NCBI RefSeq assembly: GCF_024298765.1
Contig: NZ_CP101211.1
Strand: one strand, 5' to 3'
Origin: Escherichia coli
GTDB lineage: Bacteria; Pseudomonadota; Gammaproteobacteria; Enterobacterales; Enterobacteriaceae
DNA: 64,000 nucleotides
Both the position numbers and the translations under genes were made by a program. The notes beneath the pieces were generated by a model that saw nothing but the letters and a program-made list of their open reading frames with translations, had not been told where the DNA came from and made no database searches. Positions 20,246 through 30,115 of the stretch are shown one piece after another (positions within the stretch are counted from its first letter, which is position 1; each line of letters opens with the position of its first letter).

Positions 20246-20485
20246 TCAGTATTCCTCCTGAACCCCATTAGGCTCTGTTGTGATTTCATATTTAATACCG
20301 CCAGGTGCTCCCACAGCGTCCGCGACCGACTCACACAGCAGCGAGAGATCGTTGAGGGTCATTGGGTGTTCAATGTCCAGCGTGAAGAGTTTCCCGGCTT
20401 GCTTGGCGGCTGTCTTGTCAGCATGTTCAGCATTAAAAAGGTATACGGTGTGTTTTTCCTGAGCGGGGGTATTTTGATTTTGCAT
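20246..20485 (-). CDS. small conserved protein (PMTLNDLS...AVGxPGGxKY family)
   Basis: paralog of 14280..14504. Confidence 0.5.
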   Translation of the reverse strand: MQNQNTPAQEKHTVYLFNAEHADKTAAKQAGKLFTLDIEHPMTLNDLSLLCESVADAVGAPGGIKYEITTEPNGVQEEY

Positions 20486-20617
20486 TGATGATCCTTTTGT
20501 TTAGTTCCCCGATTCCGGGGGTGAGTGAATTAATTTAAATTTATATTTGTCTGGTTTAATTAGAACGTTTCCAGGCTATGCGTAAACAGGTAATGCAAAG
20601 GCTGTATCAACAGGATT

Positions 20618-20629
20618 AAAGTTACTTTT
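20618..20629. promoter_or_regulatory. AAAGTTACTTTT palindrome copy
   Basis: ~135 bp upstream of 20246..20485. Confidence 0.5.
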
Positions 20630-20734
20630 CTGGATGCAGCAACGCTTGGACATGATGTCCACATTACATCACGATCAAAGCTAAGTTTTTTTTGTATAAC
20701 CCCTTCATTTTCGTGTGTTTCGCGTTTCAGACGC

Positions 20735-23119
20735 TTATACGACCTGCCTGACCATCCTCATCAGAAGGCGGTTTAACAGTCCTTTCGCTGTCGGGCGATT
20801 GCTATCGACATAGTAAAAACCTGTTTTGGTCGTACCGTGAGCACTGCTCAGCACCCTCAGTTCCCAGATAACGTCACGGATAACGCCGCCATTTTCTGGC
20901 TTAAGGCATTCAGATAAATGGCGCATGAAACGAGCTCTTACGGCACGGTAATAGCGGAACTCCTCTGGCTGGTTAGTATTTTCTTTCACCCGGAGTCGCT
21001 GGTTACACAGAGTTAGAACTGCATCCATCATTCCCGCCTTCAGCTTCGCCTGGATCGCACCTTGTTGCTGTTCCCTCTCACCTTCGAGTAACGTTAAGAT
21101 TCTTTCTCCGAGTGCCGTCTTGTTGTGTACGTGCAACTGTACACAGGCAGCTACGCATGCCCAGAATCTGAACTTTTTTATCTGTCCACGCAATTTCCGG
21201 GCTACAACCTGACGGTATGCAGTATCGCTGAGTATTTTAAAACGCCGACTGGCAACCAGCTCTGGAAGCGACACTCTTTCGCCTATCCCCAGGCGGGAAA
21301 AGGTTTGTCCCCGTTGTGCGAGACGATGATAGACAGCGCCCTTCCCTTTTGAAATTCGGACCGCGCCATAACGAAGAAGATACTGAGCAGCAGTCGTTGG
21401 AGTAAACTCACCGTCAGCGATGCTCTGGCGTAACCCGTCGTATTCATGCCAGATAATCCAGGACGCCGTATCTTCTTCAACAGTCAGCTCATCCTCTTCC
21501 TCGAATGCCACGACGACAGAACTGCTCTCTCCGGTCTTTAGGCTACGTGAAGCCCTGGGGTCAGCCTGCCCGTCAAAATAGGTCATCAGCGGCAACGTAT
21601 CAGTCAGTCCATCATAAGCTGTACCGAACCGGCCTCCGGGCAGTTTCATCCAGAGTGGAGCTGGCATTGGTGTACGGGCCACAGGCAGCATGTCAGGCTC
21701 ATCCTCAAGAAGGTCCAGATCGGCCTCTTCCCAGACTCTGCGATAGATCTCAATTGCCCGAAACGGGCGAGGGTTGAAACAGTGCAACGACCAGAGGAAA
21801 TCAACGTGGATCACGTTTGCTTCATGTACAAGCCGAAATTGTGGCTCAGCCATACGACGGTTATAAGCCGTATCGTCCACCTCGCCGGAAAGTAGCTTTC
21901 TGCGATGCTTTGCCGCACGTCTGGCTTCAACATAATCAAGGCTGCAACAGACATGAAAAAGACGTTCAGTCAGGGACGAAGAAAAGATATTGGGTTGAAG
22001 ACGCACATACCCGCCTTCGAACACTTTACGACCGATATAATCCCGCAGGCTCCAGTCGTACTGGATCTTAGAAAGAAATCGCTGAAGACGACTTAGGCCT
22101 GCCTGATAACCATATTTCTCAGGGTCAGTGCGAAGGAGCGTTTCCATTGAATGGTCAACCCCTACGGCTGTGCAAAGCGAGCACCCATATCTAGCCCCAC
22201 AAGCTGAGGTTCGCGTGGGTTTCTCCGGCGACCAGATACACTCTCCGGTGGCGTCTTTATAAAGCGTTGCCAGGCTGAAGTTATCCGGCATAAAGCTTGG
22301 TAAAGGGAAGCGGGATTCGGAACCACAGGCCATTAGAAAAGACCAGATGTCCTGAGTGCGCCACTCCTTTACTGGATAGAGTTCACCACCGTGCTCAGTC
22401 AGGGTTACTTTCCTCGCCTGCCCTCCCATTTTGAGGATATTTCCGGCCCTTCGGGCACTTTCATCATCCCTGGAGCCCAGCATCAGGCATACCCTGCTTC
22501 GTACGGATGCCGGGGCGTTTTTTAGATAACGAGCTTTGGCCTTGCGCAGGGGGGCGATTTTGTAGTCGGTTGAGCACTGACGGGTTGAAGAATTAGTCCA
22601 GGTCGGAAGTCCACGTCCAGTCAGAATGCGGCCTACCCAGCTCTGCGTAAGAGACGGTTGGGCGACAAGGACTGTGACCGGTAGCTGGTGTTCAGCAATG
22701 AACATTCTAAGCTGGTTGAGAACCTGTGAAGCCTGATAGTGCATCTCAGGGTTTTCGATCAGCGTATCGGACATCTGAATGAAATGATGTTCGCTGATAT
22801 TTGTGCCGTTACGTACTGCCCTGATCAATGCCATCAGAAATAGGTGAAGAAGAGAATGGGAGTCTTTACCGCCACTGTATCCCACGCACATCGTCCATCC
22901 GTCCGTAATAGCCTGATAAATAGCAGATGTGGCTGACGTGACCAGAGAAGAAAGACTCACAGTCTCCTTTTCATCGGTATAGTTCAGATCGGCATCGGTT
23001 GTCAGGGTCTCCCAAACATCAGCCCATTTATCATGTTTCAAAATGGCAGCATTAGCCGCCTCAGGAAAAATAACTTCTGAGGGTAATTCAAGGAATGAGT
23101 CACTTTTTTCAATAAACAT
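20735..23119 (-). CDS. PAPS reductase-like PP-loop protein with long C-terminal extension (IbrA/DndC-like, 794 aa)
   Basis: PP-loop motif GYSGGKDS near N-terminus; size and architecture like IbrA-type PAPS-reductase/DUF3440 proteins. Confidence 0.7.
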   Translation of the reverse strand: MFIEKSDSFLELPSEVIFPEAANAAILKHDKWADVWETLTTDADLNYTDEKETVSLSSLVTSATSAIYQAITDGWTMCVGYSGGKDSHSLLHLFLMALIRAVRNGTNISEHHFIQMSDTLIENPEMHYQASQVLNQLRMFIAEHQLPVTVLVAQPSLTQSWVGRILTGRGLPTWTNSSTRQCSTDYKIAPLRKAKARYLKNAPASVRSRVCLMLGSRDDESARRAGNILKMGGQARKVTLTEHGGELYPVKEWRTQDIWSFLMACGSESRFPLPSFMPDNFSLATLYKDATGECIWSPEKPTRTSACGARYGCSLCTAVGVDHSMETLLRTDPEKYGYQAGLSRLQRFLSKIQYDWSLRDYIGRKVFEGGYVRLQPNIFSSSLTERLFHVCCSLDYVEARRAAKHRRKLLSGEVDDTAYNRRMAEPQFRLVHEANVIHVDFLWSLHCFNPRPFRAIEIYRRVWEEADLDLLEDEPDMLPVARTPMPAPLWMKLPGGRFGTAYDGLTDTLPLMTYFDGQADPRASRSLKTGESSSVVVAFEEEDELTVEEDTASWIIWHEYDGLRQSIADGEFTPTTAAQYLLRYGAVRISKGKGAVYHRLAQRGQTFSRLGIGERVSLPELVASRRFKILSDTAYRQVVARKLRGQIKKFRFWACVAACVQLHVHNKTALGERILTLLEGEREQQQGAIQAKLKAGMMDAVLTLCNQRLRVKENTNQPEEFRYYRAVRARFMRHLSECLKPENGGVIRDVIWELRVLSSAHGTTKTGFYYVDSNRPTAKGLLNRLLMRMVRQVV

Positions 23120-23291
23120 ATATTTTCCTGAACCACGGCATATGCTGCATCACTGATATTTTTATTAGAACTTTAAAATAACTACAGCGCAACCATTTAG
23201 CGAAATTATATTAAATCAAAATCACGCAAATTTAATTCTTAAATAGATTTAAAATAAAAACCCATTGTAATTTAATCTCCCAGCACAGCTA

Positions 23292-23741
23292 TTAGATATA
23301 GGTTGGTGGTGTAATAAAAGCCGTGACATTTGTTTTCAACTCAGACAGCGGAATTGAAGGAGTGTTAAGAGTCATGTCATCACCACAATGGCGTGGTAGA
23401 GCAGAAAGCTGAAATGAATCTTTCATCACCCTAATAACCGGGCATTCCGTACGTGCTGATGGCATTACTTCCCGCAGCATCGCTTCCTGCCTTGTGCTAT
23501 CGCTATGCTTATATTCATCCTGGTCTGTTATTTCTTGAATTTCATCTTCACCACAAAATGACCAGTTAGCGTCATAGAAGTAAAACTCAGTTAACTGAAG
23601 ATCGTTTTTTTTCACGTATGTCGCCAATTTGCGGATACGCTGTTCAAGCATTGTATCTATCCGTAAGGAAACACTTTGCGGAACATCACTTGCAAAGTCA
23701 TTGATGCAAACAACGGTAGATACTATGAATTTATTGGTCAT
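23292..23741 (-). CDS. hypothetical protein (149 aa)
   Basis: ORF directly upstream of the PAPS-reductase-like gene. Confidence 0.45.
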   Translation of the reverse strand: MTNKFIVSTVVCINDFASDVPQSVSLRIDTMLEQRIRKLATYVKKNDLQLTEFYFYDANWSFCGEDEIQEITDQDEYKHSDSTRQEAMLREVMPSARTECPVIRVMKDSFQLSALPRHCGDDMTLNTPSIPLSELKTNVTAFITPPTYI

Positions 23742-23792
23742 GGCAGGCTCCAGGCCACCGGGGGAACCGGTGGCTACGGTTATCAGGCAGGC

Positions 23793-24584
23793 TTATGCGC
23801 CGCAAAGGGTGTCAAGGGAAGGAAGAAGCTTGCTCAGCTTGTCGTAATCGAGCGGAGACAGTTCTGTAACGAGTTCGACCGAAAGACTGGTGTTGTCTTC
23901 TTCACTCAGAATATAGATTCCGTCTTCTGGCTCTTTTCCGGCACATGCCTTCAGTCGTCTGTTAACGACCTCCTGGGCTGAATCCGCTACGTCGCAGCTC
24001 AGGACATAGCTTGCCACATAGCTGCTCTCACCGTGGTAATGCGTCACTTTACACAGAGCATACTGGATACCGGCTTTGTGAGCCTCATTCATGAGACGAG
24101 AAAACTGACAGCCATCCTGGTAATAGTGGGTATCCTTTGTGACCAGAATAGTCATACCCCCAAATTCATCTGTCCGGCTTTTACTGCATGTAAATGCAGC
24201 AGTAATTGTTACCATTTCCGGGAGGTCGAATACCGACAGCACGGCAGTTGTGAGGCAAATTGCATGGTCAAGATCAATAGTCTCTCCATGAAAAACTGAC
24301 AGCCCACTGCTGTTAACTTCTGTTGCGAACGACAGTTCATAATTACAGTCTGGGCAGGATGGTTGCCCAAAGCTCGGCTCTGAAGGGTCATACTCAGGGT
24401 GGTTCTCAATAATACTGAGAATCAGCTTCTCAGTCAGAGAACAATCTGCCAGTGGCTTATCAAGCAAACGCTCACCTTCTGCAATTTCTGCTTCGGTAAC
24501 GAATGTGATTGCTTCTTGTGCCATTTTAGCCTGCTCCTGAGTGCAGGGAATAATAAACGACGCCAGAGTATAATTATCTGCCAC
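23793..24584 (-). CDS. hypothetical protein (263 aa)
   Basis: ORF; promoter-proximal element at 24651. Confidence 0.5.
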   Translation of the reverse strand: MADNYTLASFIIPCTQEQAKMAQEAITFVTEAEIAEGERLLDKPLADCSLTEKLILSIIENHPEYDPSEPSFGQPSCPDCNYELSFATEVNSSGLSVFHGETIDLDHAICLTTAVLSVFDLPEMVTITAAFTCSKSRTDEFGGMTILVTKDTHYYQDGCQFSRLMNEAHKAGIQYALCKVTHYHGESSYVASYVLSCDVADSAQEVVNRRLKACAGKEPEDGIYILSEEDNTSLSVELVTELSPLDYDKLSKLLPSLDTLCGA

Positions 24585-24650
24585 AGTTGACTCCTTGATT
24601 ATTTAATTAATGTATTTGATGAGAAGATCATAACAAACACACTACTACCA

Positions 24651-24666
24651 ACTAATAACCTGAAGT
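24651..24666 (-). promoter_or_regulatory. GGTTATTAGTT promoter-proximal element with TATGAT 17 bp downstream
   Basis: minus strand CTTCAGGTTATTAGTT-N17-TATGAT. Confidence 0.45.
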
Positions 24667-24754
24667 CGTTTTTTTAGAAAAAATATTAAGAAGAATATGA
24701 ACACCACCTCATCTTAAATTAATATTGTTCAGGATTAATATTCATTTTTGCAAA

Positions 24755-24780
24755 TAAAAACCGCCAGACGGCGGCTTTTA
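24755..24780. terminator. bidirectional intrinsic terminator
   Basis: stem CCGCC-agac-GGCGG flanked by A-run and T-run. Confidence 0.5.
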
Positions 24781-24810
24781 TAAAGAGGGAAATATCATTG
24801 GAAGCTGAAA

Positions 24811-25068
24811 TTACTTCACGGCAGGCCGACAAATTACGCGACTGCTGTGAGCTGAAGCGAAACTTGTAGAGGAAACTATAATCACCTTTTCTAAGTCGTC
24901 GGCACTGTCGGCAATATGATGCCGAAAAGCCTCCTCTGCATCACCAGGGGAATCGGCTTCGACCGGGTAGGCCTGATCATCATCATCAAACATAATGCGC
25001 CCGGAAATGAGATAAAGTCGGTTCAAATCTGGCGTCGCTGCGCTCGTGCTTCGTTCGTTCAGATTCAT
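24811..25068 (-). CDS. hypothetical acidic protein (85 aa)
   Basis: ORF. Confidence 0.4.
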   Translation of the reverse strand: MNLNERSTSAATPDLNRLYLISGRIMFDDDDQAYPVEADSPGDAEEAFRHHIADSADDLEKVIIVSSTSFASAHSSRVICRPAVK

Positions 25069-25133
25069 TTTTTCTCCGTCTGTTGCTCGTAAAAAGAATG
25101 ACGCCGGTTTAAAAGGCGTCGCCAGGGTTCAGG

Positions 25134-25460
25134 CTAAAACGCAGGGTTGCCATCGAGGAAGCTCATTGGCTGGCCAATAGCGGATGCCACCCTGAGAATT
25201 TCACCTGGTGTGGCATAGCGCAGCATTTCTGAGCGTCCAAATTTCTGATACTCATCTACTGACATCTTTCTCCACTCGGGGTGAGGATCTTTTCCGCACA
25301 GTGACCAGTTGCTTTCAGAGGAATCACGACGGAGAACGTACACATCAAGCGAGGCTGTAAGCCCGCTTCCATATCCCCGCTGCGCTACAATACGAACCTG
25401 AGAACCATCGTCGCGTTGCAACGTCTGGGTTAATTTCGTGATAGGATCCTGAGAATGCAT
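25134..25460 (-). CDS. hypothetical protein (108 aa)
   Basis: ORF; promoter-proximal element at 25511 and palindrome at 25666 upstream. Confidence 0.45.
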   Translation of the reverse strand: MHSQDPITKLTQTLQRDDGSQVRIVAQRGYGSGLTASLDVYVLRRDSSESNWSLCGKDPHPEWRKMSVDEYQKFGRSEMLRYATPGEILRVASAIGQPMSFLDGNPAF

Positions 25461-25510
25461 GCCATTTACCTCGTTTTTAAAAGAATTACCGTAAGTAAAT
25501 GATACCGAAT

Positions 25511-25524
25511 CGAGAATTCTGGCT
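25511..25524 (-). promoter_or_regulatory. CCTATTAGCC promoter-proximal element with TATCAT 16 bp downstream
   Basis: variant of the GGTTATTAGCC element. Confidence 0.4.
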
Positions 25525-25665
25525 AATAGGTCAGAAGAAAAAATATTGCATATTTTTGAAGTGTAGGATAATGATTAGAATAAAATGGCCTGAATAAATC
25601 GTTAGCTTTAACTCTGCTTATTTCAGAAAAACTCTGAATTAGTAGTGATGGAAAACGACGCGGTG

Positions 25666-25678
25666 AAAAGTAACTTTT
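25666..25678. promoter_or_regulatory. AAAAGTAACTTTT palindrome copy
   Basis: exact 13-bp palindrome. Confidence 0.5.
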
Positions 25679-26302
25679 ACACCGCAATTCAGAAAAAAGT
25701 TTCAGTTAGTCACATTACGAATAACCCGGCTTACTTTCGCATGTGCGTTCCCCTGCATGTTAAAGTAAAGCCCTCCGGGCAGACTCGTCGCCCACTTAAC
25801 GCCTCGCTCAGCCATACGCTTCGGTGTTTCCAGCCAACCACGAGGAATATTGCCCGGAACGTTACCGATAACCCGTCAAATGCATGCTGCTACCCGGATG
25901 CCGCCGGGAATATCGCATTTGGATTCAACAATATGCATGACCTCAGATAAAGCACCATGCCGCTGGACATGATCGCCAATGTGCAACTCGATAGGAGAAG
26001 CCATTTCTGAATCTGACTTCATATCTGTCCACCTTTAATTTAGAAACCGTCTAAATTACCAAATTAGTTAATCCAACAACATCTGTATCACAACCATCAA
26101 TTTGTTTTTGTTGGGTCTATATCGTAGAAACAAGTGAATAATGAATACACTCGTTAATACAGACAACCGGAAATGAATGACTACCTGATTATCTCAGCGG
26201 TATATGCTAAGCCGTTAATATTGCCATTCTCTGGTGGAACCACTGCTAAATGAATAAACCGTTTGTCGCTTCAAACCACTTTATCAAAACCGTTAACTTG
26301 CA

Positions 26303-27553
26303 TTAAGTCCGATACAGTTCGGCGAGCTCATCCAGCATGGGGTTACTCTTATATCCCGGTGCGGCCGTAAAAAGGTTTCGGGAAATCGCCAGCCACTCCA
26401 TGATTTTGTCCGTCGCCAGCCAACGTCTGCCAAGTCGCTCGGCTGCGATGGGGACTTTATGCAAGCCAGCGAAGGGATCTACAACAAGATCTCCCGGCTC
26501 TGTCAAAAACTCAATCAGAAACGCTGCAAGCCTGGTAGGAGACGTTGCACCGTGCAGCGGAAAACCGAGCTCGCGGGCAATGGAATGGCAAAATCTCGTA
26601 TCAGCGCAGCTATTGCCGTAAAACAAAGTATTCTTGGGGATCGTTCCTTCTGTTTTATTTCCAAAGGAACCGCTTTTAAGCTGGTACGCCCCATCACCAT
26701 AAAAGGTCGTGCGATTTTCACCGCCTGCTGCCTGCAATTTTAGATGCTGGTCTGAATGCGGTTGTAGTACACGTAAGTTGTTTGAACGAACCTTACTCGC
26801 ATCATTGGTAAACCACAGCACAGGCTCATACGATGAGCAGAGCTGCACCCGTTGCTTACATGCCCAGTGCGTTGGCGATGGGGGCTTACTGCGATTCACC
26901 CACTGAAGCCTGTCCATGAGCTCAAGCCCCAGCTTGTCACATAATGCCAGTGTCAGACGCTCCAGATACAGAGAACGTGAAGGCCTACCCCTATTAAAGC
27001 TATCTTGAGTGATATTCAATGCCACACTTGCGCCCGGTACAAGCTGTTTCACGATCGGTTCGAGGATACGCAGAAGCCAGTCAATATAAGCCTGCTCGCC
27101 ACGCCCCCCTCCGTGCCCGTAGTCTCTTGAATTTCGAAGGAGGTAAGGTGGCGAGGTCAGGCAAAGATGAATTTGCTCGGTGATATTGCTGAAGAAGGCA
27201 TAGGCGTTTCCAAAAACCGATGCCCCAAGAGAAGTTGAGAAACCGACAACACAGAGCTTTTCCCATGACTCATGCAGGTTTGTTTTCGTCTTAGAGGCGT
27301 ATCTCCAGACGCCCCGTTTTTCTGGAACGCGTTCGATGACCCCGGCCTGACGGAGAGTCTGCTGAAACCAGCGAACCTTATGTTTGACGCCGCTGGTTCT
27401 GGTTTTATCTGACCCAAATTCTTTCAGTTCGTGCAATTCGGCATCCGACATGCCAGTTTTACGCTGCACTTCGCGATAAAGCTCGTCGTTGGTCAACGGC
27501 GATTCGGAGGCAGCGTAGATATGCGCAATTAAGTCCGTATTAATCGTACTCAT
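26303..27553 (-). CDS. orphan DNA methyltransferase, N4/N6 beta-class (416 aa)
   Basis: TSPPY catalytic motif and C-terminal DPFAG...ATD SAM-binding motif; no adjacent restriction endonuclease recognised. Confidence 0.8.
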   Translation of the reverse strand: MSTINTDLIAHIYAASESPLTNDELYREVQRKTGMSDAELHELKEFGSDKTRTSGVKHKVRWFQQTLRQAGVIERVPEKRGVWRYASKTKTNLHESWEKLCVVGFSTSLGASVFGNAYAFFSNITEQIHLCLTSPPYLLRNSRDYGHGGGRGEQAYIDWLLRILEPIVKQLVPGASVALNITQDSFNRGRPSRSLYLERLTLALCDKLGLELMDRLQWVNRSKPPSPTHWACKQRVQLCSSYEPVLWFTNDASKVRSNNLRVLQPHSDQHLKLQAAGGENRTTFYGDGAYQLKSGSFGNKTEGTIPKNTLFYGNSCADTRFCHSIARELGFPLHGATSPTRLAAFLIEFLTEPGDLVVDPFAGLHKVPIAAERLGRRWLATDKIMEWLAISRNLFTAAPGYKSNPMLDELAELYRT

Positions 27554-27721
27554 CAGCCATCCTAATGGGGATACAGTTATTATATCGGCCTGATGGTTGG
27601 AAGTGAGATTACTAAATCAGACCGATCTGGTTTGTTGAAGACTTTGCCAAATCATGCAGCACAGCTGGGCTTGCACAGAGCGAGCCGGGCTCCTTTAGCG
27701 GAGACACCTTCGCAAGTTGGA

Positions 27722-28342
27722 TTAATCAGCCTCAAGATTCTGGAACTCAATGAGCTTTTGCTCACACTCCTCCCTGCCCCACGATCCCTGCCAGTCACAG
27801 ATGTCCCGGTACTTACTTTCCAGCTTATCCATCTGTGCGAGATTAGCTGTTGCGAAGTCTGTCCATATGTCATGCCAGCAAGCGTTGTACGTAACGCCAG
27901 CTGGTGGACAATACTCCATTGCATCAGCATTAATAATTTCAACGCGAAGATCGGTTGCAAACGAGGCTGCAACGAGGTTAATAACATCCTGTTCTTTTTC
28001 GATTACCGTGACATGGGTTACATCGTCTTTCTGAAGAATGGCGTGGAGCACCATACCAAGACCAAGACCATTAATGAGCACCCGCCCGGTGGCTCGCTCT
28101 ATAAAATCCTGGCAGGTTCGGATCTCCATCGGGGTATTGGACATCACCACATCCCAGCCGTTGGACAAGCGGCGATATCTACCGGGCGGGATAAACTCAT
28201 CTGTATTACCAGTACACTCGGCACGAAGGGCGAGGGTCAGCGCCTTATCTGTGGTAATTTCGAAAGTGTCCAGTTTCCAAGTTCCGGACTTGCCGTCTTT
28301 AACGGGTAAATCAGAAAAGCAGCTCTTCATCGAGGCAACCAA
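27722..28342 (-). CDS. hypothetical protein, possible Rossmann-fold methyltransferase-like (206 aa)
   Basis: VLINGLGLGMV resembles SAM-binding motif I; otherwise unassigned. Confidence 0.4.
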   Translation of the reverse strand: MVASMKSCFSDLPVKDGKSGTWKLDTFEITTDKALTLALRAECTGNTDEFIPPGRYRRLSNGWDVVMSNTPMEIRTCQDFIERATGRVLINGLGLGMVLHAILQKDDVTHVTVIEKEQDVINLVAASFATDLRVEIINADAMEYCPPAGVTYNACWHDIWTDFATANLAQMDKLESKYRDICDWQGSWGREECEQKLIEFQNLEAD

Positions 28343-28485
28343 AATTCCAGTAGTTTTGTTACGCTGAACCTACCACAAACCCGCTCTTAATGAAGGCATC
28401 AGGAGCGATAGCGATCTTTGAGGCATCGTTTAAAACAGCGGCATCCTGTAACAGACACCCGATATTTTTTTTAATGCCGCAGGTG

Positions 28486-28743
28486 TTAAAGGTAGCGTTG
28501 CAAAGTTGCAACATCTTCAGGGGCAACCTCCACGCAGCTCCTGACACTGTAGTGATTTTCGCCGTTGTAGTCATAAACCCCACCGTCTTCAAAACTCAGC
28601 TGTTCAACCTCGCCAGCACACTCGGAAATCAGTGCCGTCTGGCAAGCATTTTTCTCACAATCGCTGACGAGTATACGAACATAGCTTTTCTCATGGTCGC
28701 CGTTACGGTTCTGGATCTTTACGATAAAGTGTTTTTCAGACAT
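28486..28743 (-). CDS. hypothetical protein (85 aa)
   Basis: ORF with GGAGG RBS. Confidence 0.4.
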   Translation of the reverse strand: MSEKHFIVKIQNRNGDHEKSYVRILVSDCEKNACQTALISECAGEVEQLSFEDGGVYDYNGENHYSVRSCVEVAPEDVATLQRYL

Positions 28744-28807
28744 TTGTGCCTCCAGCTCAGGTTGAGGTTAATTTAGCGTTGCCCCGGTTCACCGGGGCAA
28801 GAATAAA

Positions 28808-29236
28808 TCAACCCTTAATGAAATTGTGCCCCCAGGTGTTAGGCTTAAATGCCTGCTCTTTGATATATGTTTTCATTACCTTGCAGGTTTTTTTCAGGGC
28901 TTTGGTATTGGCATCGGTTACTGGGATAAAATGGCGAGAATGACGGTTTTCCCGGTACTGCTTATCAGCGTTTGGGTCAATTGCTTCGCTTTGCAGGAGC
29001 CCTTCGTGCCTGCCAATTACTATTACGTAGTTCATTTCACCTGAAACACGATCCGTGAGTAATTGAAGGGAAATATCAGCTGCTCGCGTGGCCTGGCTTG
29101 CAGATATTTTTGCATGCAAGAAAGCCCCCTTTCTGAATTTGGCCGGAGTTAGCCCTGTAATATCCTCAACACTAAAATTAAGTGAGGAAAGAATTGAAAA
29201 TAAGTCGCAGCTAATGACTTCAGTATTATTAGGCAT
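28808..29236 (-). CDS. hypothetical protein (142 aa)
   Basis: ORF; inverted repeat operator-like element upstream. Confidence 0.45.
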   Translation of the reverse strand: MPNNTEVISCDLFSILSSLNFSVEDITGLTPAKFRKGAFLHAKISASQATRAADISLQLLTDRVSGEMNYVIVIGRHEGLLQSEAIDPNADKQYRENRHSRHFIPVTDANTKALKKTCKVMKTYIKEQAFKPNTWGHNFIKG

Positions 29237-29266
29237 TTTACCCGTCCCCGTCCATATTCATGATAC

Positions 29267-29295
29267 GGTAATGATACCAGGTCGATATCATTACC
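29267..29295. promoter_or_regulatory. inverted repeat GGTAATGATA-N9-TATCATTACC
   Basis: perfect 10-bp arms overlapping the putative promoter of 28808..29236. Confidence 0.4.
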
Positions 29296-29330
29296 TAATA
29301 ACTTGGTGAAAGAAAATCTGTAATTTTTAG

Positions 29331-29708
29331 TTAACTAAAATTAATAGTCTCAATACTGCTCAAGAATTCTTTTTTTACGTCCGGTGTAAAAGGTATACGT
29401 TCAATGTATTTATAAAGTGTCGCAAATGTTTTGGGTTCAATGTTTCGGGAGATAATGTCATCAATCGGATCTTCGAACATATTGATAAAGATATCGACAT
29501 GCTGCTCTCCGCTTTCTGATGCCTTTGAAAGAAGACTGACCACTTCAATGTAGCGATTATCCTGCTCTGCAATGAACAACCAGTGCCCTTCGTTAAAGGC
29601 GGGTGCAGCGCTGTAGCGTTTAACAACAATTTCTGAAAGATTATATCCTGCCTGATTCAGCAGATTATTAAAGTTGAGTTGAGTTGAAATCACGTCTAAC
29701 GTTTTCAT
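29331..29708 (-). CDS. hypothetical protein (125 aa)
   Basis: ORF with AAAGGAGG RBS. Confidence 0.45.
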   Translation of the reverse strand: MKTLDVISTQLNFNNLLNQAGYNLSEIVVKRYSAAPAFNEGHWLFIAEQDNRYIEVVSLLSKASESGEQHVDIFINMFEDPIDDIISRNIEPKTFATLYKYIERIPFTPDVKKEFLSSIETINFS

Positions 29709-29755
29709 AAAACCTCCTTTTCATCTGTACTTATTATACTGTTACCCAACCCCCA

Positions 29756-29770
29756 GCTAATAACCTCCCA
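29756..29770 (-). promoter_or_regulatory. GGTTATTAGCT promoter-proximal element with TATAAT downstream
   Basis: minus strand GGGAGGTTATTAGCT ... TATAAT ... AAAGGAGG ATG. Confidence 0.45.
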
Positions 29771-29877
29771 GCAAATTTTCAGAAAAAAAACACCGCCTTT
29801 TATTTAAGATTGAACACATCCTTTTTAAATACCAACAATGATTATGAAACCACAATGTAAGTGAAGCGCCATTATGG

Positions 29878-29890
29878 AAAAGTAACTTTT
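29878..29890. promoter_or_regulatory. AAAAGTAACTTTT palindrome copy
   Basis: exact palindrome ~170 bp upstream of 29331..29708. Confidence 0.5.
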
Positions 29891-30115
29891 GTGCAGCTCA
29901 TAAATTTTATTTATTAGTTACGTTCCTTTGTCTTGTGGTCGAAGTTCATCAGGCGAGGCCTAAGAAGAATATGTGTGGTTTCAGCCAATGCGGTGATCGG
30001 GCATTATAATTTGGTCGGGCTATTATACGTGGGTAAAGGTAGTGGTAGGGAGAGGATCAGGTTAAATTGCATTTTCCCGGTTGCCTTCCCTGGCCTACCG
30101 GTTTCAGGTCAGACG

